Origin: Terracidiphilus sp.
GTDB taxonomy: Bacteria > Acidobacteriota > Terriglobia > Terriglobales > Acidobacteriaceae
DNA: 64,000 bases
Assembly: GCA_049509995.1 (NCBI GenBank)
Contig: JBEKZJ010000030.1
Coordinates: 12,088-76,087 of the forward strand
Direction: 5' to 3'
The notes under the pieces are model-generated. The model did not search any database. It was not told the origin of the DNA and saw only the letters and a program-made list of their open reading frames with translations. Made by a program: the position numbers and the translations under genes. The stretch's first letter is position 1; each line of letters begins with the position of its first letter. This document shows positions 16,800 to 24,299 of the stretch, piece by piece.

Positions 16800-17653
16800 C
16801 GCGCGTGGCGATCATTGCCGCCATGGCGGGGGAGTTGAAGCCGCTGGTGCGCGGGTGGCCGCATGAGCGGCGCAACGGCGTGGATGTGTGGCGCTGGAAA
16901 TCAGATGGGGGCGAGTGGGTGGCGGCCTGTGCAGGAGCCGGCGTGGATGCCGCGACGCGGGCCTTTGCGGAGATTGAGCGGGATGGGGCTTTCGATCAAG
17001 TGATTTCGATTGGCTGGGCGGGGGCTCTAGGCGAGGAGTTTAAGACCGGGAAGGCTTATTGGGTTGCGGGTGCGATCGATGCGCGGACCGGAGAGCGGTT
17101 TCGGACCCAAGCTTGGGAGGATGAGTCCGTTGACTCTCACCCCATTGACAAAAACAAAGACGTCGCGAGGGTAGGGCACCCAGATTTGTTCCAGTCGTTG
17201 GTGGGGCACCCAGATTTGTCCCAGTCGTTGGTGGGGCACCCAGACGATTGCTGGTTGGTGACGAGCGCGAGGGTTGCGGACAGACAGGAGAAACGGCGGC
17301 TGGCGGCGACTTATAGAGCTGGAATCGGGGTAGGGCTGGTGGACATGGAGGCGGCGGGGGTTGCGCGCCTGGCGCAGATGCGGGGTATTGCTTTTTATTG
17401 CATCAAGGGAGTGAGCGACGGGGTTCGGGACCAACTGCCTGATTTCAATCGGTTTATCTCGGCGAATGGGCGGTTCCAACTGGCCCGGTTTGTGCTTTTT
17501 GTTCTTCTTCGGCCGTGGTACTGGCTTGGATTGATGCGGATGGGTGAGAATAGCAGGAAGGCTGCCCAGGCAATGAGGGAGTCCCTGCTCGAAAATCTGG
17601 ATGGACGAGGAGCTATCACCCGGCGCAATGGCTACCCAAATCTCAAACGTTGA
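16769..17653 (+). CDS. hpnG: Hopanoid-associated phosphorylase/nucleosidase HpnG (with an extra internal insert)
   Basis: PNP/UDP-1 fold motifs (IIAAMAGELKPL, SIGWAGAL, VDMEAAGVA). Start uncertain: ATG 16769 overlaps hpnA, and GTG 16805 is also possible. Contains the 30-bp tandem repeat listed next. Confidence 0.8.
   Translation: MVPGAWVRALTRVAIIAAMAGELKPLVRGWPHERRNGVDVWRWKSDGGEWVAACAGAGVDAATRAFAEIERDGAFDQVISIGWAGALGEEFKTGKAYWVAGAIDARTGERFRTQAWEDESVDSHPIDKNKDVARVGHPDLFQSLVGHPDLSQSLVGHPDDCWLVTSARVADRQEKRRLAATYRAGIGVGLVDMEAAGVARLAQMRGIAFYCIKGVSDGVRDQLPDFNRFISANGRFQLARFVLFVLLRPWYWLGLMRMGENSRKAAQAMRESLLENLDGRGAITRRNGYPNLKR
17174..17245 (+). repeat. 30-bp tandem repeat (2.4 units) inside the hpnG coding frame
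   Basis: gggcacccagatttgt(t/c)ccagtcgttggtg occurs twice, followed by gggcacccagac. It encodes VGHPDLFQSL-VGHPDLSQSL-VGHPD. Confidence 0.9.
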
Positions 17654-17684
17654 AAGCCAGATCGACGGGAAGATTCCTGCCACC

Positions 17685-18758
17685 ATGCGGGCCGTGGTTT
17701 ACCGCGGCGTGAACGACATGCGCGTGGAGACGGTTCCGGTGCCGGCGATTGGGCCGGGCGAGTTGCTGGTCAAGGTGGCTACGTGCGGAATCTGCGGGAC
17801 GGATCTGAAGAAGATCCACACCGGTTCGCACTCGGCGCCGCGCATCTTCGGCCACGAGATGGCGGGAACCATCGTGAAAATGGGCGAGGGCGTAACGCGG
17901 TTCGAGATGGGCGAGCGGGTGGTGGTCCACCATCACGTTCCGTGCGGCGAGTGCTACTTCTGCCGCAAGCAGACGCCGGCGCAGTGTCCTCTTTACAAGA
18001 AGGTTGGGGTTACGGCGGGGTTCGAGCCCTCGGGCGGCGGCTTTGCGGAGTATATTCGAGTGCTGGACTGGATTGTGGACAGCCGGGGGGTGGTGCGGAT
18101 TCCGGACGGCGTGCCGTTTGAGCAGGCGGCGTTTGTGGAGCCGGTGAACACGGTACTGAAGGGCGTCAAGCTGTTGCATCTTGCCGCGGACGACACGGTT
18201 CTGGTGATTGGGCAGGGACCGATCGGGCTGATGCACGCGGCGCTCGCCCGGCGGGCCGGGGCGCGGGTGCTGACGTCCGATCTTTATCCGGAGCGTCACG
18301 CCATTGCCGCGAAATTCGGGCTCCGGGATCCGATCGATGCCGGCAGCGAGGATGTGGTGGGGAGGGTGTTTGAAGAGACTGGCGGGCGCGGGGCGGACGC
18401 GGCGATTCTGGCGGTGGGAGGCAATGCGCTGATCCAGACGGCGATGGACGCGGTGCGGCCGGGCGGGAAGGTGATGCTGTTTGCGCAGACGCAGCACGGG
18501 GAAGCGACCATCGACCCCGGCGCGGTGTGCATGGATGAGAAGACGCTGCTGGGCTCATACTCTGCGTCCTTCGAGATTCTGGACGAGGTGACCGATCTGG
18601 TGTTCGGCGGCTACCGGAGCGGATTCGATCTGACCCAACTGATCAGCCATCGCTTTAAGCTGGAAAAGGCGGTTGAGGCGATTGAGGTGGCTTCGCACCC
18701 CAAGGCGGACTCGATGAAGATTATGATTGAGCCTGTGCCTGGAGCCGGGGCAGAGTAG
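17685..18758 (+). CDS. Zn-dependent MDR-family alcohol/polyol dehydrogenase
   Basis: Catalytic Zn ligands CGICGTD and GHEMAG, structural Zn motif CGECYFCRKQTPAQC, Rossmann GQGPIG. Starts 31 nt after hpnG. Confidence 0.85.
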   Translation: MRAVVYRGVNDMRVETVPVPAIGPGELLVKVATCGICGTDLKKIHTGSHSAPRIFGHEMAGTIVKMGEGVTRFEMGERVVVHHHVPCGECYFCRKQTPAQCPLYKKVGVTAGFEPSGGGFAEYIRVLDWIVDSRGVVRIPDGVPFEQAAFVEPVNTVLKGVKLLHLAADDTVLVIGQGPIGLMHAALARRAGARVLTSDLYPERHAIAAKFGLRDPIDAGSEDVVGRVFEETGGRGADAAILAVGGNALIQTAMDAVRPGGKVMLFAQTQHGEATIDPGAVCMDEKTLLGSYSASFEILDEVTDLVFGGYRSGFDLTQLISHRFKLEKAVEAIEVASHPKADSMKIMIEPVPGAGAE

Positions 18759-18768
18759 GAGGGACTTG

Positions 18769-19812
18769 ATGGCGACAACCATGAAGGCCGCAATCCTCCA
18801 CGGACGCGAAGATATGCGTATCGAACGGGTGCCGGTGCCGGAGGCGGCGCCGGGCGAGTTGATCGTGCGCGTGGGCGCTGCGCTGACCTGCGGAACGGAC
18901 TTGAAGGTTTTCCGGCGCGGGTACCACGCGCGGATGATTGTGCCTCCGGCGCTGTTTGGCCATGAGTTGGCGGGGACGGTAGTGCAGGCGGGCGAGGGAG
19001 TGATCGATTTCGCTCCCGGCGACCGTGTGGTGGCGCTGAACTCGGCGCCGTGCGGGCAGTGTTATTTCTGCGGGCGAGGCCAGGAGAACCTTTGCGACGA
19101 CCTGCTGTTCAACAATGGGGCGTATGCGGAGTTCATCCGGATTCCGGCGCGGATCGTGGCCAAGAATACGCTGCATGTTCCGGACCATGTGCCGCTGGAG
19201 CACGCGGCGCTGACCGAGCCACTGGCCTGCGCGGTGCATGGGTTTGAGGACTCACGGCCACGGAGCGGGGATACGGTGGCGGTGATCGGCGGGGGCCCAT
19301 TGGGGCTGATGATTCTGCATGTGGCGGCGCTGGCCGGATGTGAAGCGATTGCGATTGTGAAGCATGACGGGCAGGTGGAAGCGGCGCGGCAACTGGGCGC
19401 GGCGCATGTGGTGCAGACGACGAGCATTCGCAGGGCCATCCGCGAGACGCGCGCGCTGACGCCGGTGAATCGGGGCGTGGATATTGCGATTGAAGCAGTT
19501 GGGGTTCCGGATGCGTGGCAAGAGGCGGTGGAACTGGTGCGCAAGGGCGGCACGGTGAACTTCTTCGGCGGCTGCGCCGTGGACACGCAGGTGACCCTGG
19601 ACACCAACCGCATACACTATAGCGACATCACGCTACGGGCCACGTTCCATCACACGCCGGCGATTTGCCGCAGGGCGCTGGAGCTGATTGCCGGGGGACG
19701 GTTCCAGGCGCAGGCGTTTATTACCGGTCACGCCCATTTGTACGAACTCAACCGCGTTTTTGAGAAGCTGATGAACCGGGGCAGCGAGATCAAGACCGCC
19801 ATTGTGCCCTGA
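18769..19812 (+). CDS. Zn-dependent MDR-family alcohol/polyol dehydrogenase (second copy)
   Basis: LTCGTD, GHELAG, CGQCYFCGRGQENLC and GGGPLG. SD AGGAGGG lies 5 nt before the ATG. It starts 10 nt after the previous gene and ends 9 nt before hpnC. Confidence 0.85.
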   Translation: MATTMKAAILHGREDMRIERVPVPEAAPGELIVRVGAALTCGTDLKVFRRGYHARMIVPPALFGHELAGTVVQAGEGVIDFAPGDRVVALNSAPCGQCYFCGRGQENLCDDLLFNNGAYAEFIRIPARIVAKNTLHVPDHVPLEHAALTEPLACAVHGFEDSRPRSGDTVAVIGGGPLGLMILHVAALAGCEAIAIVKHDGQVEAARQLGAAHVVQTTSIRRAIRETRALTPVNRGVDIAIEAVGVPDAWQEAVELVRKGGTVNFFGGCAVDTQVTLDTNRIHYSDITLRATFHHTPAICRRALELIAGGRFQAQAFITGHAHLYELNRVFEKLMNRGSEIKTAIVP

Positions 19813-19821
19813 GGGGAAGCG

Positions 19822-20853
19822 ATGAGCGTGGCATCGGAGCAAACGGGCAAGGAAGCGGCGGCGCCGGAGACAGGAGCGCTGGATAGGGATGAGCTGCTTG
19901 CGCGCGGCTGGGCGGCGCTGCCGGAGAGCTATCGGATTCCCGAGGTTGCGCCGGCGCTGGACGAAGCGCGGGCTTATTGCCAACGGCTGGCGGAGACGCA
20001 CTACGAGAATTTTCACGTGGTCTCGTGGTTCCTGCCCAAAGCGCTGCGGCCGCATTTTCACGCGATCTATGCGTACTGCAGGATTTCAGACGATCTGGGC
20101 GACGAGGTGGGCGGGACGGCCGAGGCGCTGGCGCTCCTGGAGCTTTGGGGCGAAGAGCTGGATGCGTGCTACGCGGGCAAGGCGCGGCATCCGGTGTTTG
20201 TGGCGCTTAAGGAGACGATCCGCGAATGCTCGATTCCCAAGGAGCCGTTTGCGGACCTGCTGACAGCGTTCCGGCAGGACCAGACAGTTACACGGTACGC
20301 AACCATGGAGGACGTGCTGGCGTACTGCCGGTACTCGGCCAATCCGGTGGGGCGGCTGGTGCTTTATGCCTGCGGCGAGGCGCCGACTGAGGGATCTGAC
20401 GAGCGATTCCGGCTTTCCGACGCGACCTGTACGGCGCTGCAACTGGCCAATTTTTGGCAGGATGTGCGCGAGGACTACGCCATGGGACGGGTGTATTTGC
20501 CGCAGAAGGACATGCAGTTCTATCACGTGAGCGATGTGAACATCGGCGAAGGGATTGCGACGCCGGAGTTTCGCGCGCTGCTGCATTGCGAGGTGGAATA
20601 CGCGCGGGGGCTGTTTGAAGAGGGATTGCCGCTGATCGGGATGGTGAACCGGGATCTGGCGGTGGACCTGGAACTTTTCAGCCGCGGGGGTCTGGAGATT
20701 CTGCGGGCCATCGAGCAGCGAGACTACGACGTCCTGAGCGCGCGGCCAGCAATCTCGAAGATGACCAAGGCCGGGCTTGCGCTGCGGGCAGCGACGGCCA
20801 AGCTGCTGCCGTTTTTGAGACTCGGCGGGCGGCGCACAGAGCAGGCGGATTGA
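19822..20853 (+). CDS. hpnC: Squalene synthase-family protein HpnC (hydroxysqualene synthase)
   Basis: Trans-isoprenyl diphosphate synthase head-to-head fold (YENFHVVSWFLPKALRPHFHAIYAYCRISDDLGDE). First gene of an hpnCDE triplet. Confidence 0.85.
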   Translation: MSVASEQTGKEAAAPETGALDRDELLARGWAALPESYRIPEVAPALDEARAYCQRLAETHYENFHVVSWFLPKALRPHFHAIYAYCRISDDLGDEVGGTAEALALLELWGEELDACYAGKARHPVFVALKETIRECSIPKEPFADLLTAFRQDQTVTRYATMEDVLAYCRYSANPVGRLVLYACGEAPTEGSDERFRLSDATCTALQLANFWQDVREDYAMGRVYLPQKDMQFYHVSDVNIGEGIATPEFRALLHCEVEYARGLFEEGLPLIGMVNRDLAVDLELFSRGGLEILRAIEQRDYDVLSARPAISKMTKAGLALRAATAKLLPFLRLGGRRTEQAD

Positions 20854-21791
20854 GGCAGGAAGCTCCATTGAACGGGCGGAGGGAGGGAGGGCTCACGCTG
20901 GATGAGGCCTACGCGGCGTGCCGGGCGATTGCCAGGCGCGAGGCGAAGAACTTCTATTATGCGTTTGTGGCGCTGCCCGAGGCGCGGCGCAACGCGATCT
21001 GCGCCATCTATGCTTTCATGCGCCAGGCCGACGATTTGGCCGACGACGAAGGCTTTTCCCTCGAAGAACGGCGCTACCGCCTGGATGCGTGGCTCAAGGC
21101 ATGGCGCGGGGTTTGCGCGGACGGCCGGAGCGATGACCCGGTTTTTGTAGCGGTGCGCGATGCGACGGTGCGGTTTGCGATTCCATTGGGGCTGCTGGAT
21201 GAGCTGGTGGCCGGAGTGACGATGGACCTGAAGCAGGCTGCGACGGATGCGCCGGACACGTACGCGACGTTTGCCGAGTTATACCGTTATTGCTACCTGG
21301 TGGCTTCGGTGGTGGGGCTGGTTTGCATTCGCATCTTTGGTTACACAGACCGCAAGGCGGAGAAACTGGCGGAAGAGACGGGGATTGCTTTCCAGTTGAC
21401 GAACATTCTGCGCGACGTGGCCGAGGATGCGGAGCGAAATCGCGTGTATCTGCCCCTAGAAGATTTGAAAGCTCAAGGGGTTGCGCTGGATTCGCTGCTG
21501 CACCGGGCGCCCGGTGCGGCGCCGACGGCGAATGAGCGGGCGTTGCTCAAAGAAATTGGGCGGCGGGCTGAAACCTATTACCAATCGGCGCAGGCATTGA
21601 TGCCGCTGATCGACACGGAGAGCCGGCCGGCGCTGTGGGTGCTGGTGCGGATCTATCATGCGTTGCTGAAGCGGATTGAGCGGGCGGATTTCGATGTGTT
21701 TTCGCGGCGGGCGAGCGTGCCGATGATGGAGAAGCTGGGAATTCTGGCGGTGGGATTGGCGCGGATGGGGTGGGCGCGGTTGGTTGGGTGA
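20850..21791 (+). CDS. hpnD: Presqualene diphosphate synthase HpnD
   Basis: NFYYAFVALPEARRNAICAIYAFMRQADDLADD motif. 4-nt overlap with hpnC. Confidence 0.85.
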   Translation: MRQEAPLNGRREGGLTLDEAYAACRAIARREAKNFYYAFVALPEARRNAICAIYAFMRQADDLADDEGFSLEERRYRLDAWLKAWRGVCADGRSDDPVFVAVRDATVRFAIPLGLLDELVAGVTMDLKQAATDAPDTYATFAELYRYCYLVASVVGLVCIRIFGYTDRKAEKLAEETGIAFQLTNILRDVAEDAERNRVYLPLEDLKAQGVALDSLLHRAPGAAPTANERALLKEIGRRAETYYQSAQALMPLIDTESRPALWVLVRIYHALLKRIERADFDVFSRRASVPMMEKLGILAVGLARMGWARLVG

Positions 21792-23247
21792 TGGGGAGAC
21801 GTTGAGCGGTTTGGAGCAGACTTCGGGGAGAACCGTCACGGTGGTGGGCGGGGGCGTGGCGGGGATGAGCGCGGCTTGCGCCCTGGCCGAGGAGGGCCTG
21901 CGCGTGCAATTGGTGGAGCGGCGCGGGTATTTGGGCGGACGGGCGAGTTCGTATCTGCATCCGGGAGTAGACGAGGTCATCGATAACTGCCAGCATGTGC
22001 TGTTTGGCTGCTGCACGAACTTGCAGGGATTCTACCGGCGGATCGGGGTTGCGGACCAGATTCACTGGACCAGCGAGATGACGATGATCGAGCCGGGTGG
22101 AAGGCGTTCGCGGCTTGGTCCTTCGTGGCTGCCTGCGCCGCTGCACGGGCTGCCGAAGCTGATGGCAGCCAAGGCCTTCTCGTTTGCTGACAAGTTGGCG
22201 CTGGGGCGGGCGTTTGCGGCGCTGATGCGGCCAGTGCCGGGCAGCTCGACTGAAAGCCTGGGGGATTGGCTGCGGCGGCATAAGCAGACCGAGGGCGCGC
22301 TCAATCGCTTCTGGCGGCTGGTGATTGCGAGCGCGCTCAATGCGGACATCGATTCGATTGCGTTGCCGTATGCGGCGAAGGTGATCCGCGAGTTGTTCAT
22401 GAATTCGGCGTTCGCCGGCAGCATGGGGATGAGTACTGTGCCGCTGAGCGCGCTCTATGCGGGGGCGGCGAGTTTTTTGCGGGAACGCGGCTCGAGCATT
22501 CTGTTCAACACGAGTGTGGAGTCGGCGGGGTGGGATGAGGAGACTTCGCAATGGACAGTGGCTACACGAAGCGGCGCGCTGGCGGCGGAGTTTCTGGTGC
22601 TGGCGCTACCGTTTGAGGCTACGGCCAAGCTGCTGCCGCACATGCCGGCGACCGATGGGTCCGATGCGCTGGCCGCGCAGATTGAACGGCACGAGCATGG
22701 GCCGATTTGCAGCGTGCATCTGTGGTTCGACCGGGAGATTACGGAGTTGGAGCACGCGGTGCTGCTGGACCGGGAGATTCACTGGCTGTACAACAAGAGC
22801 CGGTTGCAACCATGGCGCAAGGACAAGGGGAGTTATGTGGAGCTGGTGGTGAGCGCTTCGCGCGGGTTTGCGCAACTGAGCCGCGAGGAGGCGATTGCGA
22901 AGGCGGTGGGGGAGCTGGGCGAGTTCTTTCCTCAGGTTGCGGCGGCCAGGTTGGAGAAAGCGGTGCTGGTGAAGGAGATGCGGGCTACGTTTGGCGTGTC
23001 GCCGGGGATCGATGCGTCGCGGCCTACGGCTGTCTCGCCGTGGCCGAATTGCTTTCTGGCCGGGGATTGGACGGCGACAGGGTGGCCTTCAACGATGGAG
23101 AGCGCGGCACGGTCGGGGCATCTGGCGGCGGAGGCTGTTTGCGCGAGCATCGGGGGGCCGCGAAGGATTCTGGATGCGGATTTGAGGCCGCGGGGGTTGA
23201 TGCGGTTGGTTGGGACCAGGGACCAGGGACTTAGGGACCAGGATTAG
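21784..23247 (+). CDS. hpnE: Hydroxysqualene dehydroxylase HpnE (FAD amine-oxidase fold)
   Basis: N-terminal FAD motif VTVVGGGVAGMSAACALAEEG. TTG start overlaps the hpnD stop. The C-terminal residues are encoded by GGGACCA heptamer repeats at 23212-23242. Confidence 0.85.
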   Translation: MGDGETLSGLEQTSGRTVTVVGGGVAGMSAACALAEEGLRVQLVERRGYLGGRASSYLHPGVDEVIDNCQHVLFGCCTNLQGFYRRIGVADQIHWTSEMTMIEPGGRRSRLGPSWLPAPLHGLPKLMAAKAFSFADKLALGRAFAALMRPVPGSSTESLGDWLRRHKQTEGALNRFWRLVIASALNADIDSIALPYAAKVIRELFMNSAFAGSMGMSTVPLSALYAGAASFLRERGSSILFNTSVESAGWDEETSQWTVATRSGALAAEFLVLALPFEATAKLLPHMPATDGSDALAAQIERHEHGPICSVHLWFDREITELEHAVLLDREIHWLYNKSRLQPWRKDKGSYVELVVSASRGFAQLSREEAIAKAVGELGEFFPQVAAARLEKAVLVKEMRATFGVSPGIDASRPTAVSPWPNCFLAGDWTATGWPSTMESAARSGHLAAEAVCASIGGPRRILDADLRPRGLMRLVGTRDQGLRDQD

Positions 23248-23639
23248 TGCGCGAGAAAGTAGACGCCGATGCAGACGAGGACGGCGGCGGACCAGCGGCG
23301 GCGGTCTACGTTTTCCTTGAGGAAGATTTTGCCGGCGATGGCGTTGGTGACCAGCGTGAGCGAGGCCGAGGCGGGGGCGACGAGCGAGAGGTTGAGGTGG
23401 TTGAGGGCGAAGAGCAGCGAGAAGAAGGCGAGGGCCAGGAAACTGACGCCGGCAAAGAAGAGCGGACAGGTGAGGACGGCGCGGATGGCGCCTTTCAGGC
23501 CTGAATGGGCGCGAATGTCGTCGAGGTCGCCGAAGGACTTCATGGCGGCGGCGGTGAGGACCTCGCCGGTGGTGGACAAGAGGACGATGGCGGCGATCAT
23601 GGCGGCGGCGGCCCAGGGATTCGGGTAGGGGAGGGTCAT
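23244..23639 (-). CDS. Half-size EamA/DMT-family membrane protein (4 TM)
   Basis: 131 aa with four hydrophobic helices. Its stop codon overlaps the convergent hpnE stop at 23244-23247. Confidence 0.65.
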   Translation of the reverse strand: MTLPYPNPWAAAAMIAAIVLLSTTGEVLTAAAMKSFGDLDDIRAHSGLKGAIRAVLTCPLFFAGVSFLALAFFSLLFALNHLNLSLVAPASASLTLVTNAIAGKIFLKENVDRRRWSAAVLVCIGVYFLAH

Positions 23640-24139
23640 CGCGGCTGGGCCTCTTCCCTGATGGCGCCGGAAACTGCGGGTTCCGGGACTTGGTCGAGCG
23701 GGCCTTCGATGGCGAGGCCACTGGCGACGAGCAGCTTATCGACGGGGCGTTCAGTGAGGGAAGGGCCCTGGGCGACGAAGCTGACGCCGAGGGTGATGAG
23801 GGCAATGCCGGTCCAGCGCTGGATCGAGATGGGCTCTTGGAGCCAGAAGCGGGAGAGCAGGGCGACGATGACGTTGCCGAAGGCGGTGGCGGGGAGAACA
23901 TAGGTGAGATCGGCCCAGGAGAGAGCGGTGAGATAGCTGGCAAAGAAACCGATGAGCAGGGCGATACCGAGGGCGATCCAGGGCGTGAAGACGGCGGCGA
24001 TGAGGGTGGCGGGATGGGCGAGGGAGATGGCCGGCAGGGTGGTCATGCCGCGCGAGAGGCAGGAATCGCCGAGGGGGGCGCAGATGGCGACCAGCAACAG
24101 GATCATGTATTGGCGCGGCGAGAGTCTTGGGTGAGGCAT
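23636..24139 (-). CDS. Half-size EamA/DMT-family membrane protein (4 TM + hydrophilic tail)
   Basis: About 167 aa from ATG 24139. The ORF-track start at 24289 would read through repeat element B. ATGA overlap with the downstream partner at 23636-23639. Confidence 0.6.
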   Translation of the reverse strand: MPHPRLSPRQYMILLLVAICAPLGDSCLSRGMTTLPAISLAHPATLIAAVFTPWIALGIALLIGFFASYLTALSWADLTYVLPATAFGNVIVALLSRFWLQEPISIQRWTGIALITLGVSFVAQGPSLTERPVDKLLVASGLAIEGPLDQVPEPAVSGAIREEAQPR

Positions 24140-24168
24140 TGGCTTCCTGGTCCTGATGAAGGGACGCC

Positions 24169-24239
24169 GGTTGAGGTTCGTGGTTTCCCACCCTTTCGCC
24201 AGTAAAAAGGCGAAAGGATGAGGCACGGAACTCTTGGGG
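24169..24239 (+). repeat. Intergenic repeat element B, copy 2
   Basis: ggttgaggttcgtggtttcccaccctttcgccagtaaaaaggcgaaaggatgaggcacggaactcttgggg. Near-identical to the copy at 3012-3082. Confidence 0.75.
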
Positions 24240-24299
24240 TCGGCCGACGGGGTTGAAAAGTGCAGCGCCGCCCCCGAACGAGCCTTCAACGAGCGGCGA

